A stretch of 63,880 bases of DNA, filler included, from Reticulomyxa filosa (GCA_000512085.1; 22 parts of 22 records of this genome joined end to end with filler, not necessarily neighbours in it); one strand, 5' to 3'. Counted from the whole stretch's first letter, positions 1 through 12,691 are shown. Numbers and translations are program-made. Notes: generated from the letters alone by a model not told the origin.

Positions 1-172
1 GAAAACCTAATCATATATAAGTCTAAGTAACAAAGATATTATTATATTAAAAGCAATATTTCTTTTATCTTTCTCGGATGGGTAAAAAAAAACACAAATA
101 TCATCAACAATTTGTTCCGTTTTGACCATAAGCTTGAACTATGGATTTAGAAACGAAATCGTGAAAACAGTT

Positions 173-502
173 TGTAGTACAAGTCTCTATTCTAAAGGTT
201 TGAACTTGGGAGAACCCGAGGAACCCTCAGTGGGTTAAACTTCTTTTACAACATTCTTCACTTTGCCTTGTTTTGTTTTCCTCTTTTTCGTGTCATTTTT
301 CTTTAATTTGTTTTAATTTACTTGTTTGTTGACAATCAGGCTCTTTGAGCAAAAAAGCCCTTTCGTATTACATTTAGTGCGAACTCTTTTCTGGCTGACG
401 TCTCACAAGTTGATCTGCTTTTTAATTTGATATAAATCAAATTATCATCAGTTTTTTTTTTCCAAGATATGCTTTCTTTACTAAAGTCTCCTATCTGCCA
501 CA
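173..502 (-). mobile_element. Candidate degenerate solo LTR or dispersed repeat (TGTGG...CTACA), related to copies at about 44490-44571 and 47388-47620
   Basis: The reverse complement reads AAGAAGTTTAACCCAC...GACTTGTACTACA, matching GGAGAAGTTTAACCCAAC...GGCTTGCCCTACA at 47547-47620. TG...CA termini; no TSD visible. Confidence 0.4.
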
Positions 503-1698
503 GAGAAAGTTACAAAGTCTTCAACTCTTAGGCTATGATGAATGCTGTAATATTACGTACAGTAGATGAAAATTGGCAAATAACAATTCCAACTGCAAGA
601 AAAGCACAGCACGAAATACGATGGAACAACAACACATGGAAAACATTTTGAGTAAACAGTAAATATAAAATATCTTCAATGTGAACATGGAAACAAATGC
701 AAAGACAGCATTATTATATAACTTATGGAATATTACCAAAAAAAAGGCATATAATATTGCTCAATGATTTAAGTTCAGATTTTATAATTGAAGATTGAGC
801 TTTGATTGTGTAATAAAGTATACATGCAGTTTGCAATACAATTATGCGTATGATTTGTAAATAGTAGTTTTGATATAATGATAACGTATACGCACACTTT
901 CGCAACTGCAGCTTATGTGTATTTCATTCGTTTTGGAGAAACAAATGCTCCAATAATAATAATAATAATAATAAAAAAGGTGGAATTTTTTTCGTAATTG
1001 GACAAATGAAATGTGATGATTTAATACGAGCATGAGAATCTCGGAGAAAGGAAAAGATTACATGTTGTGAAGGATTTGCATTTGGCAAAAAAAATGGAGT
1101 GTCAAGTTGTATTTACAGTATTCAAAAGACAAAATTTACGATAGATTATTTATTATCTGACATTTGCCAAGGTTGAGCTTATTTTGAAATGGATCACTTG
1201 TCAAATTTTGTGTAAAGAGAAAGATGCTGGACAAATTAAATATCATTTTCAATTAAAAAATAAATTTATTCAATTAAACTACAAACAAAATCAATTTAAA
1301 AAAAAATAAAAAATAAAACGATTAAAAAAATTCAGGAATAACAAATACAGAGAATCTTTTGCAACTCCATACTATTCCAAAAATATTAATTAAATAAGCA
1401 AAGAATGATTGTTATAATCAAGACAAAAAGCACAATAGAATAACAAAGATAAACTAAACTTGGAATGAATGAAGAATGCAATATTCGATAACCGTTGATT
1501 CAGAGGACAATTACAATTGACCAAGATTAAATACAGCAAGCCACAGTATAATATGTGTACTTGCACATCCTCTGGATGCTAAGCCAGCTACAGACCAGTG
1601 ATAGAGGGAGGGGAGGAATGTCATACATCCCCAAAGCGGCTCAATATCTACTGACCAAGCCACATGGCCGCCGAATAGATAAGTCCGCAGTATTCGCG

Positions 1699-1798
1699 NN
1701 NNNNNNNNNNNNNNNNNNNNNNNNNNNNNNNNNNNNNNNNNNTTAATTAATTAANNNNNNNNNNNNNNNNNNNNNNNNNNNNNNNNNNNNNNNNNNNN
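1699..1798. other. Artificial contig spacer N44-TTAATTAATTAA-N44, first of 21. Others start at 3491, 6478, 9037, 10713, 12692, 20587, 24919, 26192, 32977, 34748, 36029, 38406, 39975, 43886, 48024, 52154, 53492, 54623, 57823, 61658
   Basis: The same 100-nt linker recurs, with stop codons in all six frames; composition and gene content change abruptly across it. Confidence 0.99.
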
Positions 1799-2393
1799 TT
1801 TTTTTTTTTTTGCTCCTCTTCTTGAATATGTCCATGAATAAAACTTATAACACTGCTCTCAAAAAAAAAAAAAAAAAATTGATTATTGCTCTTGTTTGAT
1901 GCGAATAGACAAAACGTGCAATTATATGTTGCCTTGCACGAACAGCAGCTCGGTTGCAGGTGACTGTGGACATTTGTGTTACACAATCTTTACCTTTCAT
2001 CTGCTATATGAGGTCTTGATTGTCCTCTTAAAAAAATCCTCCCCAGAGGCTCTTCAATCCGTTCTCATTGAACGTAGTCATTTCACATCATTTTTTTTTT
2101 TTTTTTTTTGTCTTTTTTTTTTCCTCCGCATGTTTCTTTCATTGATCGTGCAGTTGTTTAATGTGTCCTGCTTTTTTGGAAAGGAAATTGTTTTTTCTGC
2201 TTTGTTTACAAGAGCAGATCTTTTTAAAACAAGGCAATTGCTTTTTCTTTTGAATGTTTTATATATGATCAAAAAAAGGAATATTTTCAAGACATGAAAA
2301 AGAGTATCATTTCCTTAGATGTCCACACAATAAACCCAATATCATAATTTTTCGCTTTTTGTATACTGTTCACACGTTACTCAGAAAACTGAC

Positions 2394-3226
2394 TTACCAT
2401 TCTAAAAAATAACGAAACTCGACCGAAAGAAGAAAACTAATGATCAAAAAACAGAGATAAATAAGACAAAAATTCCAAGATTTGCAAAAAATTCTACATT
2501 TTCCATAGATCCAGCTTTCTCTGTATCTGAATATTGCACTTGCCAACTTTTGCAATATTGCATGTTCAAATATGCACAAGAGCGCAACAAGCGATTTCAA
2601 CTCGAAAGAGGACAGTGGCTGTTGCCAATGATCTGTCTTCGCCATTGAGCCTTTTACTTTGTCTTCAGGCCTCGTGGAACTCTGTTGGATCATTCTTGGT
2701 TTTGTCTATCAATTGTGTAGCATTTTAATATACACTAACAAGATCAAGTAAATATATGTACATAGACATATATATACAAATAATATATACGTACCAGATA
2801 CAAAAATAGATAGTTTTCAATTGTTGTTTGGGTCGGTTCATATTGTTGCACCCACTTTTCAACGATTGGAATTTTTTTCATTATATCATCTTTTATTTTA
2901 TTTTTTTTTTGATGATATGTTATATTTAAAACAACATCGACGGCGCTTGATAAAAGAAAAGAGGCCTTTTCTAATGAAATGAGATCTCTGTGGATGCGAC
3001 TTACCTTTGGGATCTTGCCGTAATTGAATACGACTTCGCCATCGCTGTTCAAGCAGGAGTAGTTGTCATCATCGTCCATGAACGAACATAGCGTCGTTTC
3101 GGATGTCTTGCCGTAGCCTTGCAACGCGGCCACACTGCCCTCGTGTTTGGACACTCCTTCCAAGTGCGACAGCACCACAAAATGTCGCTTTGACACTCTT
3201 TCCAAAAACGTTTTTAACAGTGTCAA
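2394..3226 (-). CDS. Hypothetical intron-containing protein (exon fragments)
   Basis: ORFs 2744-3226 and 2394-2693 have coding-like composition and are separated by TA-rich intron-like tracts; no domain recognised. Confidence 0.35.
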
Positions 3227-3860
3227 TGCTTGATGTCGTTGACTCTATTTATTCATTTCATTTATTCATTCATTTGAATTACGGACCAGTCAACAACACA
3301 TCACACACTTAACAATTTGCAGCTGTTTGAATGACTGCAGAATCCAACAGTCAGTCCCTTTTGATACTTTTAATGTCCTGGTACAAAAAAAAACCAAATA
3401 AATATATATGTATATATATTTATTTAAGTAAAGCAAAAGACGAAACAAATGGAAAGACTGCATTGGTAAGAATTCATCCAAAAAACGATTNNNNNNNNNN
3501 NNNNNNNNNNNNNNNNNNNNNNNNNNNNNNNNNNTTAATTAATTAANNNNNNNNNNNNNNNNNNNNNNNNNNNNNNNNNNNNNNNNNNNNCTCATCATTG
3601 GGGATCGAACGTGGAAACCAGACATTAGGATCAAGGTTCAAGGCAGGGCCAAGTTCGTTATCTCTTTTAACAAATCAAAGCAAACTAAAACAAAAAAAAA
3701 AATTTAAACACTTATTATTAAAGAAAAGCATGTGAATGTTGTTGATATTGCCATTTCGGCTTATTTAATAAAAAAGTGGCCCAATTTTGTTCGCCATTCT
3801 TTCTTGTTAATCGACTGTTCATTTTGGTGTGTATATATCTAATCTCGCGCAAAATCGCAT

Positions 3861-4090
3861 ATCAGATATCTGAAAGTTTTCAACTAGTTAAAAAAAAATT
3901 TTCTTTTTTTTTAGTAGTTTGAAAGTATTTTCTTTGTATCTTTGTCTTTGTTTTTATTTTTGCCACAATCTTGTTGACGAAAATCGTTGTTAATAATCGA
4001 AGATTAACTTCGGACTTCTTTCAGATACTTCTAGATGTTGCAGTATTTAGTTGTTCTGTGCTTGTTTTCCTTCAAAATACAAATTTTTTT
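3861..4090 (+). repeat. Dispersed repeat; inverted copy at about 9740-9945
   Basis: ATCAGATATCTGA...ACTAGTTAAAAAAA...TTAGTAGTTTGAAA...GACGAAAATCGTTGTTAATAAT...GTTGCAGTATYTAGTTGTTCTGTGCTTGT is shared with the reverse complement of 9740-9945. Confidence 0.85.
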
Positions 4091-4599
4091 TCAAAAGTTT
4101 ATCTCGATGATGAAGTGTTAGAACCAGGTTTATCAAAATATAATCTATTATATAAGACCATCGTTCGTCCAGTCTCGAGTATGTATCTGCATTTTGGAAT
4201 GTTGCAGTAGACACTCATAAGAGACGATTGGAAAGTATTGCAATGCGTCGTGAATTGATATAATGAAAATATTGTAAAACAAGCACCTCAATCAAACATG
4301 AATACAGTACTAAATAATACAATACGTTACAAAAAGTAACCAACAAATAACATTCAAGCTTAAAAGATCTCAATTTAACCCCCAAAACTTTTGTGCTTAT
4401 CACACAGTTGCCTTACCTGCAGCCCAGAGGTCCCTTTGGGACCACGCTCAGACTCTACGAGATTTCAGCAGGTCGTATGCTTCGAAGGTAAATCTCAACC
4501 AAATTAAAAGAGATAAAATTCAACACTCTCTGTTATCACTACTCAAACTCTATTGTAATTGTTCCAATTGTTGTTCCGTCTCTTTTTCATTATTTGTGA

Positions 4600-4870
4600 A
4601 TTGATTTCCACACCGGATTGGATTTTGGACTGCTTGATCAATGTCATTGATGTTCATTCAAATACTACATTAATCTCATTGTCACAATCCTTTCCAATAA
4701 TTTCCCAACTCCAGATAGCAATTTAGTGCATCTGTAATTCTTGGAATTGAAACAATGTTTGCCATCTTCCATGATTTTGGCATGTATTCAACGGAATAAC
4801 TCCAATCAAAAACAATACCATATAATCAATCTTTGATTGTCCACAATTTTTAATCAAATTGTGAAAAGTT
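4600..4870 (-). pseudogene. Decayed non-LTR retrotransposon reverse transcriptase fragment with internal deletions
   Basis: Minus strand gives MPKSWKMANIVSIP / NYR...LSGVGKLLERIVTMRLM*YLNE / INDIDQAVQNPIRCG, collinear with the RT at 61758-62250. Confidence 0.85.
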
Positions 4871-4916
4871 AATGCAATATGCATATCTTTCTAAACTTCT
4901 CCTTACCGAACTATGT

Positions 4917-5300
4917 TCAAAATCCAAAATACAAATGTTTTTGCCACTTGATGCAAAAATATTCTTCAAGCACATTATAATAATATTTTGATAACTTTAC
5001 ACAATTTATAGCTGCTTTACTTTTCACTTCTGCAGTTTTTTCCATATTATATACAATAATTGTACCATATTGTGCTCCAGAACAAATGTATTGTTTATTT
5101 CTAAATGTTGAACAGTCAATACTTTTTACATAATTGGTATGTGCCTTTAATGTTTGTTTAATTGTGGAATAAGATGAAAATAAAGTAAAAGTATCATTTA
5201 CTTTTTCTTTTTCTTTTTCTTCTTTGTCTTGAGCCTTGTGAGATAAAATGTATCGATTACTTCTTCTTCTGTGATTCGATTTTGATGCCAGTATAATCAC
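4917..5300 (-). pseudogene. WD40-repeat gene remnant
   Basis: KQTLKAHTNYVKSIDCSTFRNKQYICSGAQYGTIIVYN is a degenerate GH...SGS.D.TI.VWD repeat; the ORF is truncated. Confidence 0.6.
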
Positions 5301-6769
5301 TTATTTGTTTCTATTTTCATTTCAATCACTGATGCAATCTCATCTTCCATAAATTTATAACGTTCTTTTGTTTCTTCAGAATAGTCTGGTGGTTTTGGAT
5401 GTTGAGCAAACTATGACACTAATAATTATTCTGCTTTTTCATTATCTGTATTTGCCACTTGATTGTTATTAGAATCAACAAATGCATGAATGACACTGTT
5501 CATGTCTATTATTTCCTTCTTGGAGTTATTGAATACTTTTCGCCAAGTATTTTTGTTTCTTTTTTTCCATTCACGAAGATTATTTGTCATAATTTGACGA
5601 TACAATACCAATTACTGTTTCTCAAATTCCATGTTTCAATCTTTTGTTTTTTGATCTGTGGATATGTTCAACTTGCTTGGATATTGACAAATGATCAGGA
5701 CGCACATTCAATTCATCGTTTTCTGTTCTCCAATTGCTGCATAGATAGAATATTGATGACGAACACATTGTGATATTAATTGATCATCTTTCTTTTCGAA
5801 TGTGTGATTGAATTGACTGGAATTCAATATATTCAAATTTGGTCTTGTTTTTTGTTCTTTCTGTTGTTCTGCTTTCTGTTTCCACACATTTGAATTGATT
5901 GAACTTGATTTATTTTCATTTTTATTTTCCTTTCTACTGGATTGTGCTCCTGTTCCACTTTTAGTTCACTATGTTGAAATTTCAGACATGCTCATGTAGA
6001 AATTATATCCTATCTCCCCCTTTATTTTAAAATCTCCCTTGACCACTCGTTTGAGTTTGTGCTTAATGATATTATTGTCTTTGATATTTTTTTTCATGCA
6101 CATTCAATAGTTTGTGACACTTATTTGGATCCATTTTATTTCCTTCATTTGTCCAATGTCTTGCATTCTAATACAATTAAATACTTTAGTTAATTGAAAC
6201 TTTTGTTGCAAGCCATAAAGGATAATTAATTCATCTGAACATTAAAAATATCTTTGCGTGATTGGAAGCAAGAAAAACGCAACTGTATTCCATATTTCCA
6301 TAGTCCTGGAGTTTGGCATTGTGTTGTGATCAAAAAATACATATTTCTTTCTTGTACGTAGTCTTTGTCTCCTTGCACGTCCAATGTTTGGTCTTTTTTG
6401 CCATTTCGTTTTGTGTATATATATTTGTGCATTTTAGCCCTTCCTTTGCTTTTTCTTGTTGTTTCGATTCGTTTGATNNNNNNNNNNNNNNNNNNNNNNN
6501 NNNNNNNNNNNNNNNNNNNNNTTAATTAATTAANNNNNNNNNNNNNNNNNNNNNNNNNNNNNNNNNNNNNNNNNNNNGAAATTCAATACTTTGATAGCGT
6601 TTTGTAATTGCCGTGTGGCTAGTTGCATTATCTTGCTGAAATATACAATTTCATTACCTTCTAAGCACCAATTAATGCTTGATCATTTTATCATCTAGAA
6701 CTTCTTTGTAAATATCTTCATTGATATTTGATGGAATTTGTGGATCACATTTAAGTTTTCTTTCAACTT

Positions 6770-6895
6770 TTTAGTCTATCTTTGTTGATTTTAAAAGGAC
6801 AGCTTAATGATATATTCTATTTTTCAAATACTTTTCTTAAATCAATGTGATATCATGATATGCAAATTATTTACATTAAATATTAAAAATATTTG
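6770..6895 (+). repeat. Dispersed repeat; second copy at about 33105-33230
   Basis: GTCTAT...TTGATTTTAAAAG..CAGCTTAAT(T)GATATATTCTAT.TTTCAAATACTTTTCT.AAATCAATGT occurs in both places. Confidence 0.85.
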
Positions 6896-7699
6896 GCAGT
6901 AAATAGACACATTTCAAAATAATATTGTGTAATTTCTTTTTTCAAAAGTAAAATTTGATTCATTATCATATGTATCAATTAGTTTGCGTTTCTTTTTTTT
7001 CAGATTGTGTTTTTGTTTATGTCTTTGGTATTGTTCACAAACGTATCCTTCTTTTTTTTTGTTTGTTTTCGTATTCATTTACATGCTCATGCTGTCTATG
7101 TTCATGTTAGTCTTTGTATTGTTCATGCTTGGTGATTTGGAAAATATTTTGCTGGAGCAAATAGAATGTTATGCTTATTCTTTTTTTTATATTTTTTTTG
7201 ATATATGCATACAAAAAGAAATAAATGTACGTATAACATATTATTGTTTTTTTCATTTTTTTTTGTTAATTACTAATCAGTTTGATATCAACATCAATTT
7301 GATTTAATGCTCAATATTAGTCTATTTCTATGTTATAATGCATATTATTTGACTGTGTTTCATGCAGAGTGTTTGCTGCATAAATAATTTGACAATTTTA
7401 ATTGTCAAAATTATAAGTAGTCATAACAAGTTGTATACATATCCTTAAAAACACTTTTCTGTTAATAGATTACTGTCAGTAAAAAAACTCAGGATTCAGA
7501 TAATATATACACATTTTTTCTTTTAGTAAGTTATATTATAATTTGTAGAATACTCCAAATCATTTTTCTACATAATTTGAATAATTATATAAAGCGAAAT
7601 TAAGGATTCATAAAACTTAGAAAATAATTACTTAATATCAAACAAGAATGCAAAGATTAACTTATTTATCTAAAGAAAACTCAAAGTGGATTAATTGTA

Positions 7700-8866
7700 A
7701 TAAATGCTTTTCATCACGATACTACTATATATTCAATTATCACAAATCCAACAATTTGCAAATGATTGCAACACATGTAATTTTTACTTAAGCTTTATTA
7801 TACTAAATTTTACTTTTCTATAATTATGATAATTATATTTTAAGTATTTCAAAAATCCATATTATATTTGAATTACCACTACATCCAAGTATGTTTATTG
7901 TTGCTGGTAAATATTCAACAGATCATACAATGTTTGCATGACAATTAAAAATTTAATTTTGTTTACTATTTCGAATATCATATACAAACAGTTTATCACT
8001 TTATCCAGATAATACTGTATTTTCTAAATTTTATGTAAATATTTTACGCTTCTAAATTTACGTTAATGTTTTAAGAAAATATTCGATTGTTTTTTCCCAA
8101 ATACAAATAGTACAATAATATCAATTACCACCAATTACAACAATAGAACATATAAATTGTTTATCTCCAATTGTTAAATAATCAATTGCATATAAATAAA
8201 TAAATCAATGATAATTTTGTATTTTTTTCAATACAATTTTTTAAAGTATCTTTTAAATTTTCAAGTTTTGCATTGTTCATAACTGACATTTCATTCAATT
8301 TGCTTTACAATTTTCGATGTTATATTGATTGATATGTTTTTAATTTAGAAATAATTTGACTAAATTTAGATAACTCTTTTAGCAATTTTTCTTTGTGATT
8401 TTTTTTATTATTTATTCAAATCTTTTTTTTTCCATTAGAATAACAATTATTGTCTAATACTCATGATATATCAAATTATCTAGGACAAATTATCGATAAT
8501 TCAGATATAAATTTACTTGCTATTTTATGTTGCGAAAATTCGCAATTCCAACTGTTTTATTTCATTTCTTAAATTACTTTCTTTGATTGTCCTTTTCCTT
8601 GGAATTGCACTAAGTGATTGTGTCAGTGATTCACAATGTGATTTTAATTGTTGCACTTTCTGCAGCAAATTTAAGATCGCTGTTTCAGTTGTTGCAATTT
8701 CTTCATTTGTTAATGAATTATCTTCGTTTTGTTTTTTCTCTTCATCATTGCTTTGTTCTTCTTCTTTGTTTTTCTCATCATGATCTTTCAGATCATTGAG
8801 ATTAATTTCAGGCAAATCCAATGGTTCTTCTGTTAACGAACGTTGCATTTCATCAATGAATTGCAA
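7700..8866 (-). pseudogene. Heavily decayed coiled-coil plus WD40-like gene remnant
   Basis: Coiled-coil ORF 8525-8866; downstream traces such as HANIV*SVEYLP and GDKQFICS are interrupted by many stops. Confidence 0.4.
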
Positions 8867-9149
8867 ACTTCTTTGAATAATCCATTAGCACAATCTATTG
8901 CCGATTCCACCAGTCGAAAAAGTACTCGATGATGGCAATGTACGATCTCATTTTGACCAGATTTTTTATCTTTAAATTGGATTGGAATACTTGCTTTCAA
9001 TAATGCTTCTACAGCTCTATAATCATGTACTTGTCTNNNNNNNNNNNNNNNNNNNNNNNNNNNNNNNNNNNNNNNNNNNNTTAATTAATTAANNNNNNNN
9101 NNNNNNNNNNNNNNNNNNNNNNNNNNNNNNNNNNNNTTTTTTTTTTTTG

Positions 9150-9720
9150 GACATTCATGAAAGACAACACGACATCAAGCTTGATATTACATTATGTAAA
9201 TCTTCTATTCTTCCATTTGTTAGCAATTGGAGAAGATCATCTCCCAATCACGTCAATATCAAGACCACGTGGTCTTCACCATGAATTGAACGACAAAAGA
9301 TTGAGACTTGGAATCTGAGGAGCAACAAATTGGAACAATTTAGATTGAGACTGAAAAGAAACATCGACAATTGGATGCAATCTATTGATCCTATTGTATT
9401 GGATAACACAGAGACATTAAACAAAGCAGTTGAGTCTTGGGCCAAATGTATTGTGGATACTGGAGAGGCAATAATTGGTATCAGAAGATATGGAGTGACA
9501 GTCTAAGTCGATTACGAAAGAGTTCAAAAATCAAAGAACAAATTTCGTAAAGTAATCTGATGATGTATAAGAGAGCTTCCAATCAATTGAGAAGGAAATC
9601 ACAATTAGAAAAGCAGCAACATATGATTAAAAGCATTGATTCCTTACATGAAGGGAATACAAGAAACTTATTCATGAAATTCAAGGCATTAAACACCAAC
9701 AATATATGTGAATAAAGAAA
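9150..9720 (+). pseudogene. Decayed LINE ORF2 fragment (end of AP-endonuclease domain and linker)
   Basis: LDITLCKSSILPFVSNWR / DHLPI (APE SDHxPI motif) / ETWNLRSNKLEQFRLRL...LNKAVESWAKCIV, with frameshifts. Confidence 0.7.
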
Positions 9721-9739
9721 CAAATTCAGTGGCAAGATC

Positions 9740-9945
9740 GAATAAAAAAAGTTGTATTTTGAAAGAAGACAAGCACAGAACAACTAGATACTGCAACTTC
9801 AATTATTAACAACGATTTTCGTCGTCAATAAGATCGTTGCGAAAACAGAAACAAAGAGAATATTTTCAAACTACTAAAAAAAGAATTTTTTTAACTAGTA
9901 AAATTTTTTATCGTGATAAAAATTTTTTTAGTCAGATATCTGATA
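9740..9945 (-). repeat. Dispersed repeat; inverted copy of 3861-4090
   Basis: Direct sequence comparison; a weaker third match lies around 25310-25360. Confidence 0.85.
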
Positions 9946-10199
9946 GCATTGCTCCTGTAATTCCCCTGATCATTCCACAGGGAATAGCCAAATTTGTTTT
10001 CACAACCGTTGATTGATCTAGCCTTTGAAATTTTATTTGTTTTTTTAATCTTAAAATTTTTTTCACTTGTTGTTGATTGTGTGTGAGTTTTGATATGTTT
10101 TGTTGATCTTTTCCTTTTTTTGTTTGTTTTCCTTAGAGTACTGTGTTCTTTTTGGGACGAGGTTCTCTTTTAACTTGATAAGATCTCATTCTTGCTAAA

Positions 10200-10712
10200 A
10201 AAAAAATGTTCCACCAATGCACAATCGAATAAATTACCTTTTGCAATCTTCAGTGAACCAACATCTGGTATCGTTGGATGATGATTGTGTTGTGATATTT
10301 TGTGATGGAAGCACATATCCCAATCCTGATATTGGATGTGCAGGACTTGTAATTCAAGATCCAAATATGCCAAAACGGAATATCCAGTCAATAGTATTAC
10401 GACCAATATTGGACCTGAGATTGAAGCAACGGGACTTGCATTGAAGTATGTCGGTGATCATTACAGATTCCATTGTGGAACTGATTGCAAGTTCGTGATT
10501 AATGCAATATTCAACAAATGAGATTCTGACATCTATAAATTGCCCAGAGATCTATTGGATTAAAGATCATTCTGGAATTCCTGGAAATGATAAAGTGGAT
10601 CTTGTTGCAAATAATGCTCGCAGGAAAGCGTTGCAACCAGATTTGATTCCACAACACAGACCAGCTGCATTTCTGAATAATCATGAATTGAATCCCTATT
10701 TCACAGAGCAAT
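10200..10712 (+). pseudogene. Decayed LINE RNase H domain
   Basis: VIFCDGS, EIEA, TDCKFV and IYWIKDHSGIPGNDKVD match RNase HI motifs and are split across three frames; homologous to 63094-63560. Confidence 0.85.
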
Positions 10713-10812
10713 NNNNNNNNNNNNNNNNNNNNNNNNNNNNNNNNNNNNNNNNNNNNTTAATTAATTAANNNNNNNNNNNNNNNNNNNNNNNNNNNNNNNN
10801 NNNNNNNNNNNN

Positions 10813-11153
10813 CCTGACGCGCTATCTGGCCCCGGTTACCACCCGTTTCGATCGCGGCCACCTGCAACAGATCCTGACCAACCTGCTCAGCAACGGCTGG
10901 CGCCACAGCAGTGCCACCACCGGCGCCGTCCGCATCGACGTGTCGCGTGAGGCCATCAGCGTCATCGACGATGGCCCGGGTATCGCGCCGCAGGCGCAGA
11001 GCCAGCTGTTCGAGCCCTTTTTCACCACGGAAAGCAGCGGTACCGGCCTGGGGGCTGTATATCGCCCGCGAGCTGGCCGAAGCCAACGGCGCGCGGCTGG
11101 ACTACCTGCCGCCCGGTGGCTGCTTCCGCCTGATCCTGCCGAAAGAGACATGA
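10813..11153 (+). CDS. pilS: Sensor histidine kinase PilS, C-terminal HATPase_c fragment (bacterial contig; extra G in the GGGGG run near 11050)
   Basis: QQILTNLLSNG (N box), IDDGPGI (G1), LFEPFFTT (F), GTGLG-LYIARELAEANG (G2); its TGA overlaps the pilR ATG (ATGA). Confidence 0.8.
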
Positions 11154-12485
11154 GCCGCGTACTGATTGTTGACGACGAACCCGATATCCGCGAACTGCTG
11201 CAACTGACCCTGCTGAAGATGGGGCTGGACGTGGATACCGCCGCCTCGGTAAAAGACGCCTGCCAGCGCGTGGTGGCGTTCCGCCCCGACCTGGTGCTCA
11301 CCGACATGCGGCTGCCCGACGGCGAAGGCCTGCAGGTGGTGGAATACATCGCCGCGCAGCGGCTGGACATTCCGGTGGCGGTGATCACGGCGTTTGGCAG
11401 CACCGAGAACGCGGTGGCCGCCATGAAAGCCGGCGCCTTCGATTACCTGGCCAAGCCGCTCAGCCTGGCGGCGCTGCGGGCGCTGGTGAAGTCGGCCATC
11501 CGCTTGCCGGACAGTGCGGCCAACCCCGCGCTGGCCAGCGAGCGGCTGCTGGGCGAGGCACCGGCCATCCAGGAAGTGCGCCGGCTGATTGCCAAGCTGG
11601 CGCGTAACCAGGCCGCGGTGCACATCAGCGGCGAATCGGGCACCGGCAAAGAGCAAGCGGCGCGGCTGATCCACGAGCAAGGCCCGCGTGCCGGCAAGCC
11701 GTTCGTGGCGGTGAACTGCGGGCGATTCCCGAAACGCTGATGGAGAGCGAGTTCTTCGGCAGCAAGAAGGGCGCGTTTACCGGCGCTGATGCCGACCGCG
11801 ACGGCTATTTCCAGCAGGCGCACGGCGGTACGCTGTTTCTGGACGAGGTTGCCGACCTGCCGCTGGCCATGCAGGTGAAGCTGCTGCGCGTGATCCAGGA
11901 AAAAACCGTCGCCGCCTTGGCGCTACCCAGGAAGAGCACGTCGACGTGCGCATCATTTCCGCAACCCACAAGCACCTGGCGCAAGCGGTGCAGGACGGCC
12001 TGTTCCGCCAGGACCTGTTCTACCGCCTGAACGTCATCAGCCTGGCCATGCCGGCGCTGCGCGAATTGCGCGAGGACATCCCGCGGCTGGTGGGGCCCTG
12101 CTCGACCGCTTCTCCGGTGCGATAGCGAGCGCCCGCGGCTGACGCCGGAAGCGGTGAAGGCCCTGCTTGGCCTAACCACTACCCGGGCAACTTCCGCGAG
12201 CTGGAAAACATTCTGGAGCGGGCGGTGGCGCTGTGCAGCGACAACCGCATCGAACCGGACGACCTGCAATTGCACAGCGCCGGCGGTGCGGCCAGCCAGC
12301 CGGGTGAGGTGCCGCCGGTGGCCAGCGGTAGCGAAACGCTGCAGGATTACCTGGACCGCGTGGAGCGTGTGGCCATCGAGGCGGCACTACAGCAATGCGA
12401 CGGCAACCGCACCCAGGCTGCCAAGCTGCTGGGCGTCAGCTTCCGCTCGTTGCGTTACCGGCTGGAGCGGCTGGGGATGAAGTAA
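11150..12485 (+). CDS. pilR: Sigma54-dependent response regulator PilR (NtrC family), with several apparent sequencing frameshifts near 11722, 11910 and 12095-12180
   Basis: Receiver [14 protein letters not shown]...LTDMRLPDG; Walker A GESGTGKE; [14 protein letters not shown]; Walker B LFLDE; [11 protein letters not shown]; Fis [24 protein letters not shown]. Confidence 0.85.
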
Positions 12486-12503
12486 GCCCCGGCGCCGCAT
12501 AAG

Positions 12504-12522
12504 AAAAAACCCGGCCGTGAGG
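12504..12522. terminator. Left arm and loop of a terminator/REP-like palindrome (AAAAAACCCGGCC-GTGA-GG), broken after 2 nt of the right arm
   Basis: The expected right arm GGCCGGGTTTTTT is replaced by unrelated sequence from 12523. Confidence 0.5.
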
Positions 12523-12691
12523 ACTAATGCGTTAGTTAAGCGAATATGCTTGGACATCAAGTAGGAGGGTGTGAGTGAAGCGCCCCATCCCGTTGGCGCG
12601 AGCCGGTCAAAATGGTGCGCCCCAGGTTTTAAGACGCCGATTTGTTTGAGCCCGAGCCGTTAGCGATCTGCGTGCAAATCTTTGATTTGCT
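12523..12691 (+). mobile_element. Candidate non-coding end of an IS element, possibly IS110 family, inserted in the palindrome
   Basis: Interrupts the palindrome; lower GC than pilR; no ORF; resembles IS110-type leader sequence as recalled (unverified). Confidence 0.35.

Noticed and set aside
9890-9945. Helitron 3' end (hairpin plus CTAG)
   Set aside because: The hairpin is AT-only, and homology with the 3861-4090 copy continues on both sides of CTAG, so it is not a terminus
10940-11740. Apparent HATPase-receiver-AAA fusion ORF (266 aa)
   Set aside because: Created by an extra G in the GGGGG run near 11050; the correct reading is separate pilS and pilR overlapping at ATGA
11700-12200. Programmed frameshifting or pseudogenisation of pilR
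   Set aside because: Indels fall in or near short runs while all catalytic motifs are intact; best explained by low-coverage sequencing error
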